From Eledone cirrhosa (lineage: Eukaryota), in assembly GCA_964016885.1 (NCBI GenBank), contig OZ024752.1:8990001-9054000 (forward strand): a stretch of DNA of 64,000 nt, read 5' to 3'. Positions 11,241 through 22,646 of the stretch are shown here, piece by piece. The first letter of the stretch is position 1; every line of letters starts with the position of its first letter. The translations under genes and the position numbers were made by a program. The notes beneath the pieces were generated by a model. That model did not search any database and was not told where the DNA came from. It was given only the letters and a program-made list of their open reading frames with translations.

Positions 11241-12800
11241 TCGCACCGAGAATAGAGTGGGGTAGGTCCGCTACAACAAAAATCCATTTGAAATCCCGAC
11301 GCAAAGCTAGGTCCAATGATAGAGATATTTGTCCATAATTTTTGATAGGAGACTGGTTTACTGCATACAAGGAAATACCGGAAAAATTTGGCTTGGTACA
11401 GCTGAAACGAAGGGGCCAAATACTGCAACTAGATCCTGTGTCGACCATCAACGATTTGTTTGGAATTCGATCTTTTATGAAAAAGGCACGATAAGGAGAA
11501 TTAATGGGGGAGAGATCTGCCGTGCCCAGACTCTCCAGGTTTAGTTTTCCGAAGTCCCGAAAGAGCAGGGTTGAATACAATGATTCACCTTTTCACGAAA
11601 ACGCACATGAATACCAACATAAAGACGAGTCGTTGGCGGGGATTTTGGCGCGACGATGAAAAGAAGGAGAACGACTTCGTGGATGCCATCTGGAATGTGT
11701 TCGTTCCCGACACAGTTTAGTCACTTGACAAGTTAGCGCATCAATGGCTCTCAATATAGAGTCCTCACAAGGTGGAACAGGCTGTGCTTTAAAAGTAGAA
11801 GAAGCAATGTGTGGATCTGCCGAAGTAGGTACTCAAGAAAATTCCACTATGCGGTTTGCTGAGGCTGCAATTTGGTCCAGTATGTTTGCCAGTATCGTCT
11901 GCGCATTTGTTGGCAAACAGGAGAAGAATAATTGTTTTACGAAAGAGTTGTCCTCTGCTGTTGAGTCGCTCAGTTCCCGGATGCGCCGTAAAAACTGGGA
12001 CGGGGTTCTATCTCCCAGGTTTTCTTCCTCCAACAAGGAACAAAATTTGCTCTCAGGCAAACGGCTGTTCCGTCTCAGCACTTCTGCCTTGATAAGTGAC
12101 ACCTTGTGGGGGATCTGGGAGGATATCCTTTACTGACACGGTGAGCGAGGCAGGGATTCCGCTTATGAGCACGTGCAACCTTTGTTGTACCGCTTGGACG
12201 CCATGTGCAACAAAATACGAATCTAGTTGTGCAAACCACAACTCTGCATCACCTGAATATGTCCATAGCGAAGAATTGCTCTTCATGAATGTAGTAGCTG
12301 CTGGGTGAAATGTTCTCCCTTTTTTAACTGCCACACATGTGCTTTAACTTCCGCGAATCAGCCAATGACAACGCATTTGAAAGAAAATTAGTTGTATTTT
12401 CAAAAATATATGCGCACGTGCGTGGTGGTAACATAAATAGTTTAAGTGATGTAACACGGAGGAAGCAAAATGGCGAATACAAAACGAAGGCTTTGTTGAA
12501 AACGAAGAAACGAGGTGCAAAAAAAATTTTTTTTTTTATGCGTATCCGGAAATTATCATTTTTTGGGGGGTTGGTGTTTCTTTACGTCGGGTCACCATTT
12601 TAGTGTCCTGCCAGACCCAGGGTTATTTACTCAAGTAAATGTCACCGGAATCTAACTACTAAATTTTATAAAGAAAAGGATAAGATATTTTTACAACACC
12701 ATATCGAATGAGAGTTAATTCCCATTACAAAGGTAATGATAAAACGTAAGCAGTTTCTCGGAACGGATATCGAATGTCTTCATTTTTATTGTAGCTTCAT
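11240..12800 (-). mobile_element. 5' part of a Ty3/Gypsy element (PBS, gag, protease), truncated
   Basis: PBS TGGTGACCCGAC at ~12586-12597; gag AELWFAQLDSYF, EENLGDRTPSQFLRR, CWYSCAF; protease LMVDTGSS..WIFVVADLPHSILGA. Confidence 0.88.
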
Positions 12801-13289
12801 GTTATAGTTGCTGTAAACAAATATTCTCGTACATAATTAGGTATAGTCCAGATCCATGATAGGTGGTCAGAGATGAAATGTATGTTTATTTTTGTTGTAG
12901 CATAAATAATGTTGGTTAACTTGTAAGGTTGACGTTACACATAAAAATGAGGTTACAAAAGGGAATGCGCCAAAAAGGAGTGGAATGCTTTCAATCATTT
13001 CCACATAATATGGCCTAGTATCCAAAGGCCAGGCGAGAATCAGAGACTCAAATACATCAGAAGTCTCTACAAAAAAGCGACGAAACTAGGCAGGTACATT
13101 CCAGAATGTCAGAGGATAAAGTTTCCCAGTAGCATGGCGAATTATTTTTTGCCAACCACCACGATACGTACTCATACTTGGCATCGACGATATGAACAAA
13201 ACGTTTTCAGATTGGTGACAAATAGAACATAGGCCAAAACCAGAAGTATCACCTAAACCATCAACAAGCAAAGGACCGATAATACTTAT

Positions 13290-13690
13290 TTCAGGTCATC
13301 CAGTCGTTTTTTAATATCTTTCTGCAGTTTGTTGTTGGTGTTACGTCCTTTGAATTTAATTTTAAGGATTAAGTCCATAAGGTCCTGCTCAAATGCATCT
13401 AATAGTGGGTTAGTGGGTGGGTTTTTACACGTTCTTAAACCAAATTTGTTGTTTACACCACTTTCTGATGGTGAGTTCATACGGCTTCTATCATAGTGGA
13501 GTGTTTTCCACCTGACACGTCGAATGAATTCGTTTGTTTTTTGTATCATACTCAATAAGTATTCCTTTTTACCTTGGGTTGGAATATTTTTAAGTGACAT
13601 ATCCAGGTAGTGCTTTTCCATTGTTGTGGTACGTTTGCTGAGTGGGTTGCTCAACTTTACAGGAGGTAAATATATAGTATTATCCATAGT
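13290..13690 (-). pseudogene. PLE ORF 5' fragment
   Basis: MSLKNIPT..FIRRVRWK..NPLLDAFEQDL. Confidence 0.85.
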
Positions 13691-13959
13691 GTTGTAATAT
13701 GAATATTATACACAGTAGATGGACAGCTCACGTAGGGTTTGCTCGACGGTTCCAGTTGTAGTTTCAAAAGTAATCCGGAGAAAATAGAAGGATTTAAATG
13801 GATACAGTTCAGTAAAAGGAATTTATTAACACGTGTTTCAATAAGTTATATAACCTGAAAACAGCTGCTATCTACAAAGTATTAATTATGCAGACACTCA
13901 ATATTTCAATGTTATTTTCAACTACCATTTTATCAGAATAATATCATTGAGAACTTGTT

Positions 13960-15525
13960 TGGTTTTTATAGAGACTATTAATATTGTTACAACATCACAT
14001 GCATAAACAATATTCTTAATGAGGCAATTGCCTTTTAAAGGCCAATTTTTACTCCTACAATTACAATTACGGTGTGTGTTGTTATTCATACCTTGGGATG
14101 GCCTGTTGTTAAAACCCACTTGACATGGAATGTGTTCATCCGAGGTGTTGTTAGTGAGCTAGGTTGTTGTTGGTTATTCACAGATTTAATATCCTCAAAT
14201 CCTCTAATTTTCCGATTATTAGTACGTGCCAGGTGGTAAGTCAGATTCGGTGTAGTGGAGTACGATAATTTAATCGTATTTTTATTGAATATACTATGGT
14301 ATCTACTGCCTGGCGGGAAATTCTTTTCTAGGATTAAGAAGAAGGTTTTGGGAATGTTAGTTGTATGGTGGGTTAAAAAAGGTGTTCATTCTTGTATTTT
14401 TTCTATTTTTCCCCACTACAGTCCGGTTACCACCAGAACTTCTACTCTCCCCTTCGCTGACGAAACCAAACCCACTACATACCTGCCGTGAAACTAACAT
14501 TATATTGGTCAATACGCCCACCTGAAACTCCACCATGAGTACAGTTTCTAGATCTCGACACACTTCCATTAGTGTAACCAGTAGGAGTATTTGGAGGATG
14601 TATATTAGGGCCATTGTGTTTGGGTCGGGCTGAACTAATCACCATATGAGTTCTATTAACATTATAATTCAAGAACATATGTGCGTAATGACATTATTAT
14701 GTCTAGCTTCGGTGGATTGTGAGCTAGTAGGTACGTAATATAGTTTATTCTTATAGCCAGACTTGGCTAGTGCCTCGTTATAATAATCCACATTAGAGTT
14801 GAAAATACCTTCTCCGCATGATAAATGGCTGATCCTATTCGATACTCCTTTAATAGTAGCATTCAGTAGTGATATAATAGGGTGGTTGGATCCAGCATGT
14901 ACATAAGTTAGTTTCTCATTAGGTTTATGGTAAGGTGTGAAAGTCTTATTTTCTAGATCTAGTGTTGCATCCAAGAAATTTACTGTTTTATTATTCTTAT
15001 CAATAGTAATACTAAGGTTAAAACCTTTAAAGAATTTGCACAGGTCTTTCTTTGCCCTTTCAATACTAAATTTTTTATGCTCAAGGGTAAGGAGGGCGTC
15101 GTCTCGGTATAAACCACCACAAAGATATGGAAGTGCCTTATGGAGCTCATGGAGTAGGTAAAGTCTGACTAAATCAGTTACCTGAGCAGAGTCTCCAGAT
15201 CCCATTGTGATATCAAAGTTATTGGTTGTGTTTTTCCTAGTCCATAATTGTTCCTCAAATAATATTAAGGTTTTACTTGGGATCTGGTTAGATCACTATT
15301 CTGCATGGCCATGATGAGGGCCTTATTCAAAAGGATGGGAGATATAGATGTGTAGTAAGAATCGATATCAAACTGGACAAACATAAGGGATTTATGGTTA
15401 CTAATGCTGGAGAACCATTTGATTACTTCCTCCGTATTCCCCCACAAATTAAGGTAAATTTTGTTTCTGATTGCTGGAATAACTCTGTCTAAAATCTTCT
15501 TACTTATGATCCCAATGTTCGACTT
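13960..15525 (-). pseudogene. PLE RT, linker and start of GIY-YIG, degenerate
   Basis: QFDIDSYY, MGSGDSAQ, GGLYRDD, FFNPPYN, CNCRSKNWPLKGNCLIKNIVY. Confidence 0.9.
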
Positions 15526-15729
15526 GATGTGTATGAATATAACAAAAGTCTCAGTTGTGTATATAATGTTTAATTAACAAGTTGAAGTTATGTAGAACAG
15601 AATTGTTGACATGTCAAGAGAAGATGAAATATGAAGTAAAGTTATTTGTTACCGCTTTCAAGTTAGCTCGCAAGAGACCATGTTAGGGTTGCCAGAGAGT
15701 AGAGACTCTCTTTGCGAAAGGGCAAATGA

Positions 15730-16040
15730 GGTTTCTATGGAATTTACTAGTATTGACATGATTTTTCCTGTATTTAACATTCCTTACCATAATTAAAAAA
15801 TCATTTTCAAAGTCATCTAATAAACTGTTATGGATTCTAATATAAGTTCTAATGCCATACCTATCTTCCCAGGTCACCGGTTGGTTATCATCTTGGTTTC
15901 TACCAAAGTGGAAGGCTTTCCACCTAATTCTCTTAACAAAAGAGTTAACACTAGCAATGAACAACCTCTCATATGTATTCTTAGATGGGATGGGTATGTT
16001 CTTAAGTGACAAAGGTAGGTAGTCTTTGGTTAGCATACTG
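15730..16040 (-). pseudogene. PLE ORF 5' fragment
   Basis: SLKNIPIPSKNTY..FVKRIRWKAFHF. Confidence 0.85.
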
Positions 16041-16074
16041 TCAAGTTAATATAAGCATACACCAGTGGATGTGT

Positions 16075-16335
16075 GGGTTATATTTATTAGCTCCCCAGTC
16101 ATAGATTGCTCTCCCGGGCTGAGCCTTGCTCTTTCTTAAGCTCACCCGGACCTCACTCATAACAAGCCGGTGGTCACTGCCCAATGTACTGAAATAGTTG
16201 TATGGTTCTGTGTTTGAAACACTATTTCGCCACTTTTTCCTCACCAGAATGAAATCAATCTGGGACTTGGAGAGGTGCATATCTGAGATGTAGGTCCACA
16301 TCTTCCCCGGATTCTTCCTAAACCTTAGGTTGGTC
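16075..16335 (-). pseudogene. RTE-like LINE apurinic endonuclease fragment
   Basis: FRKNPGKMWTY..SQIDFILVRKKWRNSV..GSDHRLV. Confidence 0.85.
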
Positions 16336-17990
16336 ACTATCAAGTTCGCCTCCAATTTTTTTAGGAGGACGCGGTTGATTGGCTTGGCACAGGGGGGGAC
16401 CCACGTCCTCCGTGAAATTTATTTTCAACGTTTTATATAAGTTCATTGGGACTTTAATCATTTGTAAATGAGGTAGTCCCACAGCAGTTATAAAGTTAGG
16501 CCCTTCAGTTTGACCGAAGGGTTTGACGAAATTGTATTCATTAGTTCTTTGTTGTTTGTTCATGTATGTATATTGTAAAGTCTTTTTTTGCATAGCAGTT
16601 AGTGCTGTGTGATGGGGAGGGGTGGTTTGTATATAATTTGTGTTCTCTTGGGGAGGGTTAATGTTAACAAGTGTGTCTGTGGTGCGCCTCCTCTTCTTTC
16701 TTTTTACTGTTTGGAAGGGATCTTTTTCGTCTTGCGACGAAAGAGGTTCGTCTTCCTTGTTGGGTGGGAGGGGTATGTTTTCTGGTAGTGTATGCGGTGT
16801 GTGTGTTTTTGTATTTATTTTGGGTGGGGAGGGGGTGGGTGGGACAGTGTTCTGTGTTGTTTTTTCACGTGTTTGATGTTGTGGTTGTTGTTGTGGTTGT
16901 TTTTGTTGGTGTATTGGTAGCAATGGTTTTTTCTGGGTGAGCTGGGGACAGGCAGCCCTCAGGTGACCTCTATTGCCACAGAAGTAACAGGAGGGACGCC
17001 TACCCTCCACAATAATGTTGAGGTGGGTACGGTCATCCAGGGATTTGGGTCAGAACTTCAATGCTCGTTCCACTGAACGCGTCGCCGGATGCCTTCACTA
17101 TTGATATGAGGTTGTCCTCGTCTAAGTTGAGGAAACCGGTTAGTAACCACCAGTAGTTTATGTTTGGGGTGATGGTGGTTATCCATATTCTTTGGGTTTT
17201 TTTTACCCATGTAGGTGGGGAAAAATGTGTAATGTCTGGAACGAATTGGCGACACAGAGTATTTTTTCGCCGCCAATTCGTCTTTCATCAATATGGATAA
17301 ACCCCCATAGAGTTTATCCTTTTGTATGAAAATAATGTCTTTCATAGCCTCTTTCAGGACTAACTGAATTTCAGCTTGAGATGGTTGTGCTGGTTTTTTT
17401 GTTTTGTTGTCAATTGTACGGAATACAACAGTTCGTAATTCCGTCTGTTTTTTTAGTTCTGGGGGCGAATTGATAGAAAACGATCCATTTTCGCCAAACG
17501 ATACATATTTTTTTGCATTTGATATATCTTCAAGCACATATGTGACTGATATTTTAGCAGTCTGTGCAAAAGATATTTTGTTTTTGTTGTTGGTTTTGTA
17601 TTGTTTTGTTTCTCGTCATTTGAGTTGTTTTCATTTTTGTTGTTGTTGTCTTTCTCGTTTGGTGTGGTGATAGATAGATAGATAGATAGATAGATAGTTT
17701 TCATTTTCTGTATTTTTTGGTGTCTGTTGTGGGCTGTTATTTTCATTTTTTGTTGTGTGAATTTCCATTTCTTTACGAAAGGAAGTGTTTTCTACATATA
17801 TATCTTTCTGTGTGTGGATACATGTGACGTTTGTGACGTCAGGCGTGTTCAGTTGCTTACAAGCAGCTAGATGTTGAGGCGATGTTGGCCTTTCTTTGTC
17901 CATGTCTGCTACTACCTGCTGGTCAAGTAGGCATGGCTTTCCCTTCCCATCTTCTTGCTTTGGCAAAGAAGTAGGTGCTTCGGCCATTTT
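16335..17990 (-). pseudogene. Non-LTR ORF1-like gag with CCHC zinc knuckle (L1/Tx1-like), frameshifted
   Basis: VEGRRPSCYFCGNRGHLRAACP knuckle, Pro/Gln-rich tail, FQTVKRKKRR; internal (GATA)n at ~17669-17697. Confidence 0.65.
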
Positions 17991-18309
17991 TTAAAAAAAT
18001 GTATTGTTTTGCAAAAATATTTTCGAAGATATTTTGGATGTTTTTGCCCTGAGGGGCACGATATTTTGGAGGACTGACCAGATCAACATTTGACCTGTCA
18101 GTCCCTCTACAAATTGGTATAAAATTAAAAGTTCACAATGACGAATTTCTAAGGAAATTTAAACAAAACTTACCGAGCAAATTTAACACGTGTCCATCCC
18201 AGCGATAGATAGATAGATAGATAGTTTTCCATTTCGGTTGCTGCTCTCCTTACTCAAATGTGGATTGAAGTCCCCCAGAACAAGCAGGATGTTGTGAGCT
18301 TGTGTAGTG

Positions 18310-19440
18310 TTGACAGCTCAGGTGTAATGACTTGGGCTTTGGTGTTCGTGGAGAGCAGTGATATCAGATCCACTATCTTCTTGGGGATTCCATAAGCCTG
18401 TAAGATCTTCATCAGGCAGTGACGGTCCATAGAATCAAAGGCCTTCCTAAAGTCAATGAAAACCATGACTGCAGGAAGGCACTTTGCTCTAGCTCTCTCC
18501 AATATCCTCTTCAGCCCCGGGATGTGACTGGTGGTTGATCTTCCCTCTCTGAAGCCGTTCTGGTTGTCCCTGAGCTTCTCCATCTTGGGCTGGATCCTAT
18601 TGAGGGTCTTTGCCACAAGCGACGTCAGTTAGATCCCCCTGTAGTTGTTGGTGTTAGAGAGACCTCCCTTTTTTGGCACTGGGACGATGTTACTGATTCT
18701 GGGCAACTCCTTTCTCCAGTGCCTGGTTACAGAACTCCAGGATGATATCAAAATCACACCTCTTCATCACCTCTGATGCCACGCCATTTTCTCCATGAGC
18801 CTTGCCCTCCTTGATCTTCTTCTTGACCCTCTGAAGCTCCTCTCTGGTGAAGGGTCCTGACTCAATATCCAGTTCCTCAAACAGCTGCCTGATCTCCCCA
18901 GTGTTCTGGGCTGTGGAGAGCGGCTCTCTTAGTGGGGTCCTGAAATGGTCTAACCATTTCCTCTTCCTATCCTCGGGCCCTGTTCCCTGGATCTGACTCG
19001 AACACCTTCTCTTCCTCCCTGTGATCTCTTGATGATCATCCAGCTCTCCTTACATCCAGAACTGTCAACCGCTCTCTCCACACTTCTGATCTTCTCTATC
19101 AGTGCCTATTCTCTGGCCTCTGAAAGCGGTACAGAATTCTTCCTTCATCACCTCCACATTCTCCTCCATAGGATCTGTATGGAATTGGTCCTTGGCAGCT
19201 TTCAGGTGTTCTCTGGCAGCACACACTTTTGGGTCTGCAGAGCTGACGTGCTTCCTTTTGTTCATTCTCCTCGGCACCAGGGTCTCACTTGCTTCCACCA
19301 CTGCATTGGGGAAGTGCCCATACCTCCTCGTCACACTCTCCTCAGTCCATCCAATCTCTCTCTCCTCTGTCTCTCCACACAGAGCACTGAACCTGTTCCT
19401 CACTTCCACTGTGAACCTCTCCTGTAACTTATCTTCCTTG
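18310..19440 (-). pseudogene. RTE-like LINE ORF2 fragment (linker and RT start)
   Basis: VEVRNRFSAL, IVPVPKKGGLS..NYRG, QNGFREGRSTTSHI, VFIDFRKAFDS. Confidence 0.88.
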
Positions 19441-19920
19441 CTTACCTCGAACCGGCAACGCTCCCTGGTAGGACTGCCAGTTATCTGGAAGTTATCCATA
19501 GGTCCTGGGCTGAAAGTTCTCTAGAAGAGAGCAAACAGCTGATCTTTGACGCCTAGGATCTCTCCGAGAACGTCTTCGCTCTTCCCCTCCACTAGTCATC
19601 TATAGAACGCCGAGGTGGATGTTCCACCGATACTGGTGCCCAGCTGGAAGAGGGCGGTGAGCGCCTGGAGACATTGCAGTTTTCAAGCGCTATCCCTCGG
19701 TCTTTTCCTGAACCAGGACTGCAGCTCCTTCAAGAAGACAAGCTGTGGGAAAACGTACCTGGCGAACGGCAACCACACCTGTTCACTGTCAAGGAAGCAC
19801 CAGAGATGACGCAACCTCAGCGCATGTTTGCGCATCATCAGCCATGGCATGCCCAGTCCTCCACGCAACGGGTGTTGAACCGTCCCTTCGGCTGGTCGCC
19901 GGCTCTTCTCTGAGTATATC
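19440..19920 (-). pseudogene. Tx1/L1-type ORF2 C-terminal fragment
   Basis: RTFSPGPMDNFQ followed in a shifted frame by WQSYQGALPVR, as seen just before the zf-RVT domain. Confidence 0.5.
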
Positions 19921-20256
19921 CGAGTATACGCTCCGGTTGAGTGTCCCTCCTAGATCTCTGAAATCACCAACTCTGTTGGGAATTTCATTTTAACGTTAGT
20001 GTATTCTTTCTGTGATATTCTTACCAGTCTTATGTTCGTTGGTGCTGGTATTATGTAGTCGTGCTGTGAAATGTCTGTGTGTTCAATTATGTACGTCATT
20101 AGTTTCTGTGTGTATTTATTGCTGCGCAATTCTTTTTTTGGGTGTGGGGTGTCGTTGCTGGATGTGTGTTTTGTCGTGTTTGCGATGTTGGTGCTTGTGG
20201 TGGTGTTGTTGTTGGCGGTGGGGTTGCCGCCGCCGGTGGTGATGGTAGTGCTAGTG

Positions 20257-21864
20257 GGCATAGGTAAAATATAACGTTCGAGAAAGTGAAACTAATTTTT
20301 ATGACAAGTGAATGTGTTTGTTTTTTAGTATTGCGTGTGTGATTATTTTTTCTTTTTCTTTTTTTGTGTATTGTGTGTACGGAAAATTAGACGTACCTTA
20401 TCAACATCCTTATTACACCCTATAAATAGCTGAAATACAGTTGATCATCTCGCCAAACTTGTTGGCACCAACTCTCTGCCGCCAAAGAAATTCAGCTAAA
20501 TACGAGGGGAATAAATCGTCGCTTGTCCCATGTTGTCGACGGAGCTTTTTCTTCGCACGGCTCCAAGTGTTCTCTATGAGTTGTGTGTGCACATTAGGGT
20601 CTTCTGGATCTACAAAGTTCCGTTGGTGCACAACAACATCATGGAGGTAAATGCCACCTTGAATTTCCTCAATATCAGAATAGGAAGCCCAACCATCGGA
20701 CATGATGTGGCTTCCTGGCAAAATCCATTGCTGTATGATGGGGACAAGAGTCTCACGGCTTCGATCTGGGACTTCGATGAGGCAGCAGCGTCCAGAATGG
20801 CGTTCTACAGCGCCGAAGACCCAGTGGCCTTGTCTCCACTGGCCACGATGATACTTTCTATGAAAGTATTTTGATTCGTCGATCTCAACAATGATCGACG
20901 AACCATTCTCATCGAATCCTCCAAGCTGTTGAGGATTCGCCTCCAAATACTGCTTACAGATTTCTCTAAGGAAATTGCACCAGTCTATAATTGTCGGCTT
21001 GCTAAGTCCTGTTTCTCTCATCATCTCAGTTTGGGCCTGATCGTTGCACCACATATACATAATGCCAATAAGTTGTTCGAGTCGAAGATGGCTTCGATAA
21101 AATATAGAGTTCCGTCGAACCGATTGACAAAATGTGTCGCGGCAGCATCGCCATCTCCATTTATCTATCCCCTCAGAATATCTTCTCAATGTGCACGCCT
21201 CATTGCAGAGAGGACAAATCACACTGTTCGCCAACAAACGCCGACTCGCAAACCACTCTAACATACATAATGTGTCACCGTGTATCGCCGGACACAGCGT
21301 ATATATTGTTTCGAAGCGCTCAACAATAGCATTAGTATCCAAAATATCTTCAACTAACTTAACGCGACCAACCACTTGTCCAGCCATTGATGTGATACTG
21401 TATTAGAATCCAGCCCTTCGGTGCTTCGTTTAAAAAAAAAAAAATTTCCCAGCCCTTCTGACGCCTATCTGCCTTTCTGACCCGAAGCTGCCCCTCTGAC
21501 CCAAATCCCTTATCATTCTCTGTCCTTCTTATGACCCGGCCTTAATTTGTTTATAGTTGGTGCCAACTTTGGCAAGATATTACAAAAACATCTAAACGAT
21601 GATGATGACACAAACACATATATATATATACAAACACACATATATATATACATACAGACACACATATACACACCCACACATATATATATATATAAGAGAA
21701 AATAATCACACACGCAATACTAATTAACACCATATCACTATAGAGACCTGTTGTAAATAAACAAAGAGTGTATCGTAAATTTCATTGTAAAAAAAAATAA
21801 CAAACACATTCACTTGTCAGAAAATCCACTTTCAGTTTCGCGAACGTTATAATTAACCTATGCC
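20257..21864 (-). mobile_element. Full-length Merlin DNA transposon
   Basis: Imperfect TIRs starting GGCATAGGT; 9-bp TSD GTGCTAGTG at 20248-20256 and 21865-21873. Confidence 0.93.
20413..21387 (-). CDS. Merlin/ISXO2-type DDE transposase, apparently intact (324 aa)
   Basis: Zn ribbon CPLC..WRC..C..SVR, HTH region, VEIDES, WVFGAVER, SDGWASY, HTQLIENTW, YLAEFLWR. Confidence 0.92.
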   Translation of the reverse strand: MAGQVVGRVKLVEDILDTNAIVERFETIYTLCPAIHGDTLCMLEWFASRRLLANSVICPLCNEACTLRRYSEGIDKWRWRCCRDTFCQSVRRNSIFYRSHLRLEQLIGIMYMWCNDQAQTEMMRETGLSKPTIIDWCNFLREICKQYLEANPQQLGGFDENGSSIIVEIDESKYFHRKYHRGQWRQGHWVFGAVERHSGRCCLIEVPDRSRETLVPIIQQWILPGSHIMSDGWASYSDIEEIQGGIYLHDVVVHQRNFVDPEDPNVHTQLIENTWSRAKKKLRRQHGTSDDLFPSYLAEFLWRQRVGANKFGEMINCISAIYRV

Positions 21865-22646
21865 GTGCTAGTGTTGGTGGTGTTGCTACTGTAAGTCTCT
21901 TTGCAGTAACCTTCACCCTTTTTTCATCTCTTGCCTCCCTTTTCAAAGGCGACGATGCACTGCCTCTGCGCTGGTGCCTTCTTGCGATTCCAGGGCACCC
22001 AGCCCACATGATTTGCTCCCATAGTTCACTATACTATGTTAGATCTATCTCACACCCTAGGGTCAAGGCTATCTGGACCCCGGATGCCCAAGCCATCCAC
22101 TTTATAGCTGTGGCAGAGTTTGTTGGGCTTTCGACAGACTATTAGTTAGCGCACAATGGGTGTGTTTAACCGTATCATTATGGTTTGTGTGAGTAGGTGC
22201 CTGTATAGGGTCAAACTGTGCTAGGTATAGTGAAAAGCCTTTTTTCTTCCTCTCTTCCCTAGTTCCTCTTATTGCCAGAAGCCAATAACCCATAGGGTAC
22301 AACCTACTTAAGGCTTTTCACTATACCTAGTACAGTTGACATAGGGAACACGGGGAAACAAGGTTGTTGATGAGGGATGGTAGACATATAGCGATGTGTA
22401 TGGTGGTGGCGATGGGGTGATATGTTCAACATATTTACGGCATCGGATGTTAGAATGGTTTACAAGGTAAAACCTGACAGATAGAACACAATGGTACTGG
22501 GGGGGGGGGGGTGGCGATGTGTCTGTTGGTGGGGGTGATGGATGAGATGATATTTACAAAATCTGAACTTACAAAGGGTTACATGCTATATAAAACAAAT
22601 GCTCTGAGATGGTGTGGAAGGCAAAGGTGGTTATGTTGAGTAAGGG

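Noticed and set aside
12745-12790. Possible additional hammerhead (ATGAAGA...GAAA on the minus strand)
   Set aside because: Stems I and III could not be formed convincingly
20413-21387. Bacterial IS1595/ISXO2 contamination
   Set aside because: Embedded with a 9-bp TSD in eukaryotic retroelement sequence and has a second local copy, so it fits eukaryotic Merlin
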